A stretch of DNA of 64,000 bases. Source: an uncultured Candidatus Saccharibacteria bacterium. GTDB taxonomy: Bacteria > Patescibacteriota > WWE3 > UBA101185 > UBA10185. Every line of letters starts with the position of its first letter. Position 1 is the first letter of the stretch. Under the pieces are notes generated by a model, which searched no databases, had not been told where the DNA came from, and saw only the letters and a list, made by a program, of their open reading frames with translations. A program made the position numbers and the translations under genes. The DNA is taken from the NCBI GenBank assembly GCA_964434935.1, contig CAYSWS010000002.1, positions 8,320 through 72,319 on the forward strand, in the 5' to 3' direction. Below, piece after piece: positions 1 through 9,337 of this stretch.

Positions 1-2
1 TA

Positions 3-218
3 TTCAACAGGATCATTGGTCGTGCCGTTACGGATAAAAAGTTTGGAGAAAAGTTGTTACACTTTCCAGCTCAAGCGATCCTGGATATGGATGAGAAGAC
101 CGGTCGCACCTTCCAAGACTCTTTAACATATCCGGAGCACGTTTTCCTCATCACCCACCGATGTTCCAGTCTTCAGGAGTTGGCTAAGTTGTTTACAGCC
201 CAGCTTGATAAAAACTAA
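3..218 (+). CDS. 3' part of a small hypothetical protein (5' end outside window), NHLP/Os1348-like N-terminal helix
   Basis: Open frame from base 3 to TAA at 216-218 (FNRIIGRAVTDKKFGEKLLHFPAQAI...SLQELAKLFTAQLDKN), followed by a terminator. Confidence 0.55.
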   Translation, partial: FNRIIGRAVTDKKFGEKLLHFPAQAILDMDEKTGRTFQDSLTYPEHVFLITHRCSSLQELAKLFTAQLDKN

Positions 219-239
219 TACTCCTTGATGACCAGCCTT

Positions 240-280
240 AAGGCTGAAGCGCACTTTTAGGCTTCAGCCTTTTTCTTTTT
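240..280 (+). terminator. Intrinsic terminator
   Basis: AAGGCTGAAGC / GCTTCAGCCTT 11-bp stem followed by a T-rich tract. Confidence 0.8.
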
Positions 281-296
281 AAGATATAATCACCCT

Positions 297-1460
297 ATGA
301 AGATAGGCATCGACGCCAGGTTCTACGGTAAGGCCGGCCCAGGTCGTTACACTAAAAATATAATTCAGCATTTGGAAAAAGTTGACCATAAAAATCATTA
401 CCTCATATTTCTTAGGCAAGATAACTTTAGTATGTTCGAACCTAAGAACAAGAATTTTACCAAAGTGTTGGCCGACCATAGCTGGTATTCTCTAGATGAG
501 CAGACCAGGTTTCTGCTGGCTCTAGTAAAAGAGAAGCTTGATCTTTACTACGTTCCCCACTTTAATATTCCTATTTTATATCCGGGAAAGATAGTTACCG
601 CCATTCCGGACATGACCATGCATACCTACAGCACGGAAAAAGGCACCACGCTTCCCATTTGGTATTTCAGGCTAAAAAAGATCATCTACAAATTTGTTTT
701 CTGGTGGGCAGTGTTTAAGTCATACAAGGTCATTGTGCCTTCCAAGACCGTTCGTCAGGAATTTTTAGAGCACATTAGGGGCTTCGGTGAAAATAAATAT
801 GTTTTGGCTTATGAAGGCGTCGATCCTGATTTCATCGAACATAAAATTGAACCTGAGAGTGTTTTGAAAAAGTATGGCATCGCCAAGAACTTTATTCTCA
901 GCGTGGGCAGCATGTACGAACATAAGAACGTGGAAGGGCTGATCGCCATGTTCAAGATCTTAAAACAAAAATATGGTTATAACGGACAGTTTGTTCTGGT
1001 GAGCAAGAAGGATAAGTTCTCGGAAAGATACTATAAAAGGCTTAAAGATGAAGGTTTGGAAAAGGATATTTTAATGCTGGCCTTTCTGGGGGAAGACACA
1101 GGTTCGGAAATTGTCGTGTCTGATGTGGAGATAACAGCCCTGCGTACTCAAGCGGAAGTTTATGTCATGGCGGCTTTTAAAGAAGGTTTTAGCTTGACGG
1201 CTTTGGAGGGCATGGCCCTAGGGTTACCGGCGGCTTTGTCGGACATTGCTTGTCACCGGGAGGTCTATGGAGATTCCGTACTTTATTTTGACCCTCATAA
1301 TAATGAAGACATGGCCGAGAAGGTTCACACGTTACTTAGCCATGAGGCAACAAGAGAAACTTACATTAAAAGAGGCTACGAACAGGTAAAAAAGTATGAC
1401 TGGCACAAAACGGCTGAGATCACTCTACAAGTGTTTAACCAAGCTTTGGAACAAAGTTAG
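297..1460 (+). CDS. Glycosyltransferase family 4 (GT-B)
   Basis: MKIGIDAR start, HKN motif, EGFSLTALEGMALG (E-x7-E). Confidence 0.9.
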   Translation: MKIGIDARFYGKAGPGRYTKNIIQHLEKVDHKNHYLIFLRQDNFSMFEPKNKNFTKVLADHSWYSLDEQTRFLLALVKEKLDLYYVPHFNIPILYPGKIVTAIPDMTMHTYSTEKGTTLPIWYFRLKKIIYKFVFWWAVFKSYKVIVPSKTVRQEFLEHIRGFGENKYVLAYEGVDPDFIEHKIEPESVLKKYGIAKNFILSVGSMYEHKNVEGLIAMFKILKQKYGYNGQFVLVSKKDKFSERYYKRLKDEGLEKDILMLAFLGEDTGSEIVVSDVEITALRTQAEVYVMAAFKEGFSLTALEGMALGLPAALSDIACHREVYGDSVLYFDPHNNEDMAEKVHTLLSHEATRETYIKRGYEQVKKYDWHKTAEITLQVFNQALEQS

Positions 1461-2570
1461 CAGCTGTTCGGCAGTATTTTCCCAGGTATATTTCTGAGAG
1501 ATCTCTCTAGCTTTTTTTATATCTTCAGCCGGGCGCTTTTTTGTAAGCGCTTTTTTGATGCCGTCGCGGATGCTGTAGATGCTGTAGGGGTCTACATAGA
1601 TGGGGAATTCCCTGCCCAATTCTCTGAAAGCCGGAATGTCGGAAACAATGGCTGGAGTTTCGCAGGCCATGGCTTCCAATAAAGGTATGCCAAAGCCCTC
1701 CTCTAAGGAGAGGTTGATAAAGTATTCGGCGCCGGAATATAGAATGGGCAGATCAACATCAGGTGTTCGGCCTAGGAACATGACATTGTCCTGCACACCG
1801 TACTTTTTAGGAGCATCCAAGGAATCTTGGTACATCCAGCCCAGCTTGCCGGAAATGAGCAGTTTAGCGTCGCGCAGATCCTTATTTTCTTCCAACGCCA
1901 GACTAAATCCATGCACCATGCGCGGGATGTTCTTTCTGGGCTGGATGGTGGAAACAAAGAAAAGGTATCTTCCGGCACCGATCTTATATTTTTCCCTTAT
2001 CTTATCTATTTCTTCCCGGCCGCGTTTATAATAAGTGTCATTGACACCTTCGGGAACCACCCGCACCTTTTCCTGATCGATGAAAGGCCAGCTCAGGTTG
2101 GAAATAGCTTTTTTAACGGAAACCGAGGGTACGATGACAAGCTTGGAAAACCTCATAACGCGCCACAAGATAAGGGGATGGACAAGATATTTGAAAGAAA
2201 ACTTTTTTAGGTTTCGATTAACTTTATATTCCAAGCCATGGACCATGGATACAAAAACCGTCTTTGGTGGCCGGAAGAGGGGAATGGTATGCACAGCGTT
2301 GAAAAAGACGTCTACCCGGTCTTTAAAAAGCTGTTTGGCCAGGGCCACGTGCGTCCAAGACAACGGGCTGAACACTACTTTATAAGAGAAGTTAGGGTTG
2401 CCCAGACTTAGTTCCTGCCATAATTTCTCCGACGGCTGCCTGTCAAAATAGACAATATATTCGTTAGCCTGATCTATCTTGGCAAATGATCTGAAGGTAT
2501 TGAAAGTGTAGACCTCAGGACCGGCGAGTTTTTCGATCAATAAATGTTGACCGTTCAATCCTATTTTCAC
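1425..2570 (-). CDS. Glycosyltransferase family 4 (GT-B)
   Basis: PRKN and EGFGIPLLEAMACE motifs. Confidence 0.9.
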   Translation of the reverse strand: MKIGLNGQHLLIEKLAGPEVYTFNTFRSFAKIDQANEYIVYFDRQPSEKLWQELSLGNPNFSYKVVFSPLSWTHVALAKQLFKDRVDVFFNAVHTIPLFRPPKTVFVSMVHGLEYKVNRNLKKFSFKYLVHPLILWRVMRFSKLVIVPSVSVKKAISNLSWPFIDQEKVRVVPEGVNDTYYKRGREEIDKIREKYKIGAGRYLFFVSTIQPRKNIPRMVHGFSLALEENKDLRDAKLLISGKLGWMYQDSLDAPKKYGVQDNVMFLGRTPDVDLPILYSGAEYFINLSLEEGFGIPLLEAMACETPAIVSDIPAFRELGREFPIYVDPYSIYSIRDGIKKALTKKRPAEDIKKAREISQKYTWENTAEQLLTLFQSLVKHL

Positions 2571-2613
2571 AACTCAATTTTATCAAAGGCCAAGGTTTTA
2601 GTAGAATGCAATT

Positions 2614-3750
2614 ATGAAGATGGCAATTGTTTGTGACGATCTCATACAGCACGGCGGTCACGAACATATAATCATGGAGTTTTGCCGGCTGTACCCTCAG
2701 GCCACGCTTTTTACTACCATGGCCACCAAAAAGTGGCAGACGATCTGCCGGGAAAACAAGATAGAGCTTAAGACCTCCTTCATGCAGAAGCTGCCTTTTA
2801 AGCGCAGATTAAATAGGTTTTACGCGCCTTTTCTCTTGTACATACTGGCTTTGGAGAGTTTTAGCTTTGACGATTATGACGTAGTGGTTTCTCTGACTTC
2901 GAGGTTTTCTCAAGGAGTGATAACCAAACCGGGCACCTTGCACATTTGTTATTTGAGCACGGTGGGTAGGATGTTTTGGGAACCTCAAGGGTATTTCATG
3001 CACGAAGGATTTGGCCGTTTACCGATCTTCAAAAAACTGGCCCGGACTTTTTTAAGCCTACCCCTTTCTTACATCAGGCTCTGGGACCGAACGGCTTCAC
3101 AGCGACCTGATATTTTCATCACCATTTCCAAGACCTCGCAGGAGAGGATCAGGAAATATTATCAGAGGGAAGCGCAAGTAATATACCCGCCGGTGGATAT
3201 TAGAAAGTATATTCCCGGACCGGCCACTGCCGGCGAGGATTATTTTTTAGTGGCCACCAGGCTGGCGTCGTGGAAGAGAGTGGACATAGCCATAAAAGCT
3301 TGCCTGGAGCAAAATATGAGGTTGAAGATCATGGGAGAAGGTCCGGATAAAAGCAGGTTGGAGAAACTAGCCGGCGGTTCGGATCTGATAAAATTCTTAG
3401 GTTTTGTGTCCGAAGCGGAAAAGATCTCTTATATGCAAAACTGTCAGGCCCTGATCATGACGCAGTTCGAAGATTTTGGGCTGGTGCCCATTGAGGCGGG
3501 TGCCTGTGGTAAGCCAACCATTGCCTTTGCCAAAGGTGGCGTGCTGGAAACCGTCGTAGAGGGCAGGACAGGCATGTTCTATGACGAACAGAACGAGCAT
3601 TCTCTGGGGCAGGTTTTAAAAAAGTTCGAGGCAAAAAAGTACCGGGCAGAAGATTGTCAGGCTCAGGCTAAAAAGTTCAGCTTAGAAGAATTTCAAAGCC
3701 GCATGAGCCGATCCGTATCAGACAACCTTAAAAGCTACAATGCACGTTAG
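2614..3750 (+). CDS. Glycosyltransferase family 4 (WbaZ-like)
   Basis: GGHE near N-terminus, RLASWKRVD, EDFGLVPIEAGACG. Confidence 0.9.
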   Translation: MKMAIVCDDLIQHGGHEHIIMEFCRLYPQATLFTTMATKKWQTICRENKIELKTSFMQKLPFKRRLNRFYAPFLLYILALESFSFDDYDVVVSLTSRFSQGVITKPGTLHICYLSTVGRMFWEPQGYFMHEGFGRLPIFKKLARTFLSLPLSYIRLWDRTASQRPDIFITISKTSQERIRKYYQREAQVIYPPVDIRKYIPGPATAGEDYFLVATRLASWKRVDIAIKACLEQNMRLKIMGEGPDKSRLEKLAGGSDLIKFLGFVSEAEKISYMQNCQALIMTQFEDFGLVPIEAGACGKPTIAFAKGGVLETVVEGRTGMFYDEQNEHSLGQVLKKFEAKKYRAEDCQAQAKKFSLEEFQSRMSRSVSDNLKSYNAR

Positions 3751-3788
3751 CCTTGCTGTAGTGTATACTTTAATTATTAATCTCATAT

Positions 3789-4421
3789 ATGATCTATAAA
3801 GCAGGAAAAAGGATGTTCGACATTGTTGGTTCGCTGGTAGGTATTGTTTTATTTTCCCCGGTCATGTTCTTGGCCGCCCTTTGGATCAAACTCGTCTCTC
3901 CCGAAGGACCGGTCTTTGCCGATATTCCCAAAAGAGTAGGCAAGGACGGTCGAGAGTTTAATATGCTCAAATTCAGGTCCATGATTCCTAACGCTCAGAA
4001 ATGGCTTGAGGACAGACCCGAATGGCTGAAAAAATACCGCGAGAACAGTTACAAGTTGGACCCGGATCCCAGAATGATAAAAGGAGCTAAGTTCATAAGA
4101 AAGACCAGCATTGACGAAATGCCCCAATTCATAAACATCCTTTTAGGGCAAATGAGTCTGGTGGGTCCTAGGGCATACTTTCCTTTTGAACTGAGGGAAC
4201 AAATGTCGAGGTACCCGCAGACGGAAAAATATATAAAAAGGGTGCTGACCATAAAACCGGGCTTGACCGGTCCCTGGCAGGTGGGGGGCAGATCTGAGAT
4301 AGGTTTTGAAGAGAGGATCAAGATGGATGCGGAATATGCCACCAAAAGGTCATTGATCTACGACATATGCATAATAATAAAAACACCCTTGGTGGTTTTG
4401 TTGCAAAAGGGCGCAGTTTGA
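3789..4421 (+). CDS. Priming sugar transferase (bacterial sugar transferase family, WbaP/CpsE-like)
   Basis: KRMFD, KFRSM, DPR, IDEMPQFINIL, MSLVGPR, KPGLTG motifs. Confidence 0.92.
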   Translation: MIYKAGKRMFDIVGSLVGIVLFSPVMFLAALWIKLVSPEGPVFADIPKRVGKDGREFNMLKFRSMIPNAQKWLEDRPEWLKKYRENSYKLDPDPRMIKGAKFIRKTSIDEMPQFINILLGQMSLVGPRAYFPFELREQMSRYPQTEKYIKRVLTIKPGLTGPWQVGGRSEIGFEERIKMDAEYATKRSLIYDICIIIKTPLVVLLQKGAV

Positions 4422-6445
4422 CTATCAGGAAAGGGAATGGTAAATTGCAAAATGTCGATGAAGAACCTACAATTAACTCCTCGGATTTATCACTTTCAAC
4501 CGGCCGCAAGATCCAGGATAATACTATGATTCAGGACAAATTTAGTGCCATTAAAACAAAGAATAAGAAGGGTTTGCTAAAAGGCTTTGGTGTTACAGGT
4601 GTTATTCTGCTGGCTTTGGGTAGCATCCTGCTGCTAATTTCCTACATTTTTGTTATCAGCCCGGCCCTTTCTCTCTATGGACATGTTAATACCTTAAAGA
4701 ACGATTTTTCCTCGATCTCGGAGGATCTCAGAGCTCGTGACCTGGTGGAATTGGAAAAAGCCACGCTGTTGACTGACGAAGATCTGGACGGTCTAAGAGC
4801 CGCCAGAGAAAGCAAGTTCGGTTGGGCCAAGAACATCTCATTTATGCGCATCAATGAGTTTTATAGCGATTCAGAAAGATTTATAAATGCCGGCCATTTG
4901 GGTATGGATGCTTTAAGAGAAACATCACGTATAGTCACGCCTTTTGCTGATGCCGCCGGTTTGCGAGTTTCTGAAGAGGAAGAGGCCGCGAGTGACGACA
5001 CGGGACTTATGGAAGCATTTCAATCCTGGGTTTCCATCATGCCTCAAGTGTCGGAGGAGATGGATGGCGTGCTGGATATACTCACCCGGATCGGCGAAGA
5101 GCTGGCCCCCATCGATACCTCAAAATATCCTGAATCCTTCAGGGGGGTGGCCGTACGAAATAACGTAGAGTTTGCCAAGAACTCCTTGGTTAATGCTAAA
5201 GAATATGGTCCCGACATTAAACGGGCGCTAGTGATCATTCCCGAACTTTTGGGTATCAATAGCGCTGTGGACAAAAGGTACATGGTCATCATGCAAAATG
5301 ATAAGGAAATAAGGCCTACGGGTGGTTTTTGGACCAATTACGCTACTTTCAAGATCAAAGATGGTTTGCTGCAATCGGATTTTACTTCCAAAGATTTTTA
5401 TAGTATCGATTATGCCATAGATGTCATTGATGCTTTTTATGATTTCCCGGACGCCCCGCCTGCCTATACAAAATATCTAAAAGTGGAAAGATGGTTTGCC
5501 AGAGATACCAACAGCTCGCCTGATCTGCCAACCTCCATAGACAACTTCATGTTCTATTACGATCTGGGTATGAAATACGATCCTGTAGACATTAAACCGG
5601 TAGACGGCATCATCACCATCGACACCAGGGTCATCGAAGAATTAATGAGCGTAACCGGTCCGGTTACCGTGAATGGCCTGACATACGATGCCGACAACGT
5701 GGTGCTTGAGCTGGAAAGAATAGCCTCTCTAAGCCAAAGAGAACAGATAAATAGAAAAGGCGTACTGGGAGACCTCATGGAAGCCATGCTCATAAACGTG
5801 TTCGAATCCCGAACCGATGTTTGGAGCAAGTTGATAGACACCTCCGTGGATCTGGCCGTAAGAAAACACATACAAGCGTATATGTTCAACGAAGAGGCAC
5901 AGGCATTATTGGAGAAATACAATTTTGCCGGTAGGATCAAGGACCCCGTAGAAGGTGATTACTCTTACGTGGTGCAAACCAATTTAGGTGGAGACAAAAC
6001 AAACTGGTTTGTCACCAAGGTGGTGGACCATGAATTAGCCAAGGAAGGTGATAGGTGGGTACGCACGGTAAAGATCACTTACACATATGACCAACCGGGG
6101 GAGGAATACGCACCTTTTGTTAAAAGGTTCAGAGATTGGGTGCGAGTGTACACACCTCTAAATACAGAGCTCATTAGTATCAATGGCAGTGAGGATGAAA
6201 CAGGTACCGGAGAAGAGAGAGGAAAGACATACTATCATGCCTATATTGAACTCGGTCCGGGAGAATCAAAAGAGATGACCTTTAGATACTACCTTCCTCA
6301 AGGGGTGATCAAGGACAATAAATATCAATTACTGATCCAAAAACAACCGGGTATAGATTCGGAGGTTCATGTTGTGACTACGCCCAGCAAATCATCTACT
6401 ATTGAGATTAATAAAGATTATACTTTTTCCACCACTTTGAATTAG
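4418..6445 (+). CDS. DUF4012 domain membrane-anchored protein (start uncertain: 4367/4418/4526)
   Basis: N-terminal TM; QNDKEIRPTGGF, RDTNSSPD, VDGIITID, NLGGDKTN, IQKQPG motifs typical of DUF4012. Confidence 0.8.
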   Translation: MTIRKGNGKLQNVDEEPTINSSDLSLSTGRKIQDNTMIQDKFSAIKTKNKKGLLKGFGVTGVILLALGSILLLISYIFVISPALSLYGHVNTLKNDFSSISEDLRARDLVELEKATLLTDEDLDGLRAARESKFGWAKNISFMRINEFYSDSERFINAGHLGMDALRETSRIVTPFADAAGLRVSEEEEAASDDTGLMEAFQSWVSIMPQVSEEMDGVLDILTRIGEELAPIDTSKYPESFRGVAVRNNVEFAKNSLVNAKEYGPDIKRALVIIPELLGINSAVDKRYMVIMQNDKEIRPTGGFWTNYATFKIKDGLLQSDFTSKDFYSIDYAIDVIDAFYDFPDAPPAYTKYLKVERWFARDTNSSPDLPTSIDNFMFYYDLGMKYDPVDIKPVDGIITIDTRVIEELMSVTGPVTVNGLTYDADNVVLELERIASLSQREQINRKGVLGDLMEAMLINVFESRTDVWSKLIDTSVDLAVRKHIQAYMFNEEAQALLEKYNFAGRIKDPVEGDYSYVVQTNLGGDKTNWFVTKVVDHELAKEGDRWVRTVKITYTYDQPGEEYAPFVKRFRDWVRVYTPLNTELISINGSEDETGTGEERGKTYYHAYIELGPGESKEMTFRYYLPQGVIKDNKYQLLIQKQPGIDSEVHVVTTPSKSSTIEINKDYTFSTTLN

Positions 6446-6468
6446 CACCATTGTTGTATCATTGACCT

Positions 6469-7047
6469 ATGCAGGGATTTACCACGCAAGCCGTTGTTTT
6501 AAAAAACATCAATTACCAAGATACGGATAAGATATACACATTTCTTTCCCGTGATAAAGGCAAAATAACGGGTATTGCCAAAGGTGTGAGGAAAATAACT
6601 TCCCGACGGAGCGGCAGCCTGGATTCGTTAAATTTGGTACAAGTGCATCTAAACCCTCACCAAAGTGGCCAAAACTACATAACAGAGGTCAAGACCGTAG
6701 AAACTTATAAAAAAGCCAAAGAGAAACTTCCCTTGTCAAAGCAAGGATTTTACATTGCAGAATTGATCAACAAGTTTCTGAGGGAGGATGATGAAGCTCA
6801 GGGTGTTTATGATCTGGTGATAGACATTCTTAAGAGAATAGAAAATGATGGCGAGAACCTAGGCCTGGAAATTAACAAGTTTGAGATCAAGTTATTGGTC
6901 ATGCTGGGCTATCAGCCGGAAAATACTTTTATGAGCAGGTGGAAAGAAGCTGTGGATCGTAAGGAATTTGAGCAAGCAGACAGGCTGATTAAAGGCTTCA
7001 TGCACGAAGTGCTGCAGGAAGATATAAAAAGCTTGGAGCTAGGTTAA
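6469..7047 (+). CDS. recO: DNA repair protein RecO (short form)
   Basis: AVVLKNINYQDTDKIYTFLSRDKGKI..IAKGVRK..SR OB-fold pattern; adjacent to GlyRS. Confidence 0.88.
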   Translation: MQGFTTQAVVLKNINYQDTDKIYTFLSRDKGKITGIAKGVRKITSRRSGSLDSLNLVQVHLNPHQSGQNYITEVKTVETYKKAKEKLPLSKQGFYIAELINKFLREDDEAQGVYDLVIDILKRIENDGENLGLEINKFEIKLLVMLGYQPENTFMSRWKEAVDRKEFEQADRLIKGFMHEVLQEDIKSLELG

Positions 7048-7071
7048 GAAAGATAGTATACTACAATCAAT

Positions 7072-8424
7072 ATGGCAGCAAACATATCGCAAAAGATCAT
7101 AAGTTTATGCAAAAGGAGAGGCTTTGTCTTTCCCTCCAGTGAGATATATGGCGGTTTTGCCTCCACCTACGACTACGGTCCTTTGGGAGCGCAAATGTTA
7201 AAGAACATCAAGGACTCTTGGTGGGCTTATTTTGTGGAATCCAGAGAAGATGTTTATGGTTTGGATGGGGCTATTTTTTGCCACCCCAAGACCTGGGAAG
7301 CCAGCGGTCACGTGGGTTCCTTTAACGACCCCTTGGTAGAGGACAAGGTGACACACAAAAGATATAGAGCCGATCATTTACTAGAAGAGAAGCTGGGTAT
7401 AGAGACGGCCAAGTTGTCTTTCGAAGAGATGCAAAAACTTTTGGCCAAGCATCAGATCAAAAGTCCTGAGGGCAACGATCTGACAGAGTTAAAATCATTT
7501 AACCTGTTGGTAGAAGCAGAAATGGGAAGTACGGAACAAAATAAAGAAAAAGTATATATGAGAGGGGAAACATGCCAGATAATTTTTCTGCAATATCTAA
7601 ATGTATTAAATTCCATGCGTGCCAAGATACCTTTTGGCATTGCCCAGATCGGCAAATCTTTCAGAAATGAGATCACTACCAAGGACTTTATTTACCGCAC
7701 CAGGGAATTCACACAAATGGAGATGGAATTTTTTATAAATCCCAAGGAAGGAGACAAATGGTATGCATACTGGCAGGAGGAAATGTTGAACTGGACTTCA
7801 AAAGGATTGGGTCTGCCCAGGAACAATTTTAGATATAGAGATATTCCGGAAGAAGAAAAATCACACTATGCCAAGATACAAAAAGATTTTGAATTCAAAT
7901 CACAAAGCGGCAAGTGGTTCGAGCTTTCACCTTTAAATCATAGGGGAGACTGGGATCTAGGAAGTCATCAAAAATACAGCGGTCAGAACTTTATGTATAG
8001 GGACCCCTATTCCAGCGAAGAGTTCTTACCTCAAGTTATTGAGATTTCCATGGGTTTGGACAGGATCTTATATTCGCTGTTGGATAATGCTTATACTGAA
8101 GATGGAGAACGCATTGTTCTTAAGTTGGACAAGAGAATAGCTCCCTACAAAGCTGCCGTTTTTCCCCTATTGAAAAACAAGCCCAAGATGATCAATAAAG
8201 CCAAGCAGATCCATAAAATGCTCATTGACAGCGGCATTAAGGTAGATTGGGATGATAGAGGAAACATTGGTAAAAGATATTTGGCTCAGGATGAGATCGG
8301 CACGCCCAGCTGTATTACGGTGGATTTTCAAACGTTGGATAATGACACCGTAACTATTAGAGACAGGGATACCACAGCTCAGATAAGAGTGGGCATTGAT
8401 GATATAGTGAGCTCGTTAAAATAA
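7072..8424 (+). CDS. glyQS: Glycine--tRNA ligase, homodimeric alpha2 type
   Basis: KRRGF, EIYGG, YDYGPLG, WEASGH, QIGKSFRNEI, RTREF.QMEME, C-terminal anticodon domain IGKRY..QDEIGTP. Confidence 0.96.
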   Translation: MAANISQKIISLCKRRGFVFPSSEIYGGFASTYDYGPLGAQMLKNIKDSWWAYFVESREDVYGLDGAIFCHPKTWEASGHVGSFNDPLVEDKVTHKRYRADHLLEEKLGIETAKLSFEEMQKLLAKHQIKSPEGNDLTELKSFNLLVEAEMGSTEQNKEKVYMRGETCQIIFLQYLNVLNSMRAKIPFGIAQIGKSFRNEITTKDFIYRTREFTQMEMEFFINPKEGDKWYAYWQEEMLNWTSKGLGLPRNNFRYRDIPEEEKSHYAKIQKDFEFKSQSGKWFELSPLNHRGDWDLGSHQKYSGQNFMYRDPYSSEEFLPQVIEISMGLDRILYSLLDNAYTEDGERIVLKLDKRIAPYKAAVFPLLKNKPKMINKAKQIHKMLIDSGIKVDWDDRGNIGKRYLAQDEIGTPSCITVDFQTLDNDTVTIRDRDTTAQIRVGIDDIVSSLK

Positions 8425-8439
8425 TGTTTTAACTTCGTT

Positions 8440-8460
8440 AAAAAAAAGCCTGATCAGGCT
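8440..8460 (-). terminator. Intrinsic terminator after the 8459-8722 ORF
   Basis: Palindrome AGCCTGATCAGGCT (8447-8460) followed on the minus strand by a T run. Confidence 0.6.
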
Positions 8461-8722
8461 ATGGCCCAACCAGGCTTGCGTTCCCGTTCAAGTGATCTAA
8501 ATACTGTCGAAGAAGTTCATTACTAGTGTCTTTCTTTTCCAGCTTCGTCTCTTCAGACTCTTTACCCCTTTCGTATTTGACTCTCACCAATCTGCGGTCT
8601 GTTCTGAATCCGCAGCAGCACTGTGCGTACAAAATAAGCCTGGTAGTCTTTTTGCCGTTTTGTTTCCTTTCGATTCTCAATGAAAATGTATCGTGGATCT
8701 CTTCAAAAAGACTTGTACTCAT
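8459..8722 (-). CDS. Hypothetical 87-aa protein with CCC motif
   Basis: AGGAGG SD, TTGCTT-N17-TATGAT promoter (8752-8780) and downstream terminator. Confidence 0.6.
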   Translation of the reverse strand: MSTSLFEEIHDTFSLRIERKQNGKKTTRLILYAQCCCGFRTDRRLVRVKYERGKESEETKLEKKDTSNELLRQYLDHLNGNASLVGP

Positions 8723-8877
8723 GACTGCCTCCTAACCTATATTTAAAAATCATCATAGGACATTGCCTTTTAAGAAGCAAGGATTAGGCAGTATCGATAG
8801 AGATGTTGATACAGCAACATTTCGGGTTTTATTTGTCTTGACGAACGGATAATAAATGGCGCATTATAGATATAGAT

Positions 8878-8913
8878 TGGTGACAAATGGTGAAAACTGC
8901 CCCTTCACCATTT
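8878..8913 (+). promoter_or_regulatory. Probable MraZ-box repeats and inverted repeat upstream of mraZ
   Basis: TGGTGA at 8878 and 8888 (10-bp period); AAATGGTGAA/TTCACCATTT inverted repeat 8885-8913. Confidence 0.5.
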
Positions 8914-8923
8914 ACAGACGGTT

Positions 8924-9337
8924 ATGAAAATGTTTTTAGGCGAGTACAATCCGAGTGTCACGGAGGGCAGCAGAGTCGCTCTTCCCAAGAAGATGAGAGA
9001 CCAAATTGCCGGAGATTCTGTTGTCTTGACGCGAGGATTCGAAAAGTGTGTTTATGTTTATGACAAAGCCGATTGGCAGGAGGAAGCCCAGAAGTACATT
9101 GAAAATTCCAAAGTCGACGAACGCGCAAAGATCAGAGATTTAGAAAGATATGTGTTCAGCTCAGCCGCTGAAACATCTATCGACAGTCAAGGCAGAATTG
9201 TCATCCCCGCGAACCTTCTGGAATACGCCCGTATAAACGATGAAACATCAGTGGTGGGTGTGGGTAACAGAATAGAACTGTGGGATAAGAACACTTGGAG
9301 TGAATATCTGGAACGTATTTCTGCCGAACTATCATGA
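8924..9337 (+). CDS. mraZ: Division/cell wall cluster transcriptional repressor MraZ
   Basis: MFLGEY, SRVALP, DSQGRIVIP, VGVGNRIELW; upstream of rsmH. Confidence 0.95.
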   Translation: MKMFLGEYNPSVTEGSRVALPKKMRDQIAGDSVVLTRGFEKCVYVYDKADWQEEAQKYIENSKVDERAKIRDLERYVFSSAAETSIDSQGRIVIPANLLEYARINDETSVVGVGNRIELWDKNTWSEYLERISAELS

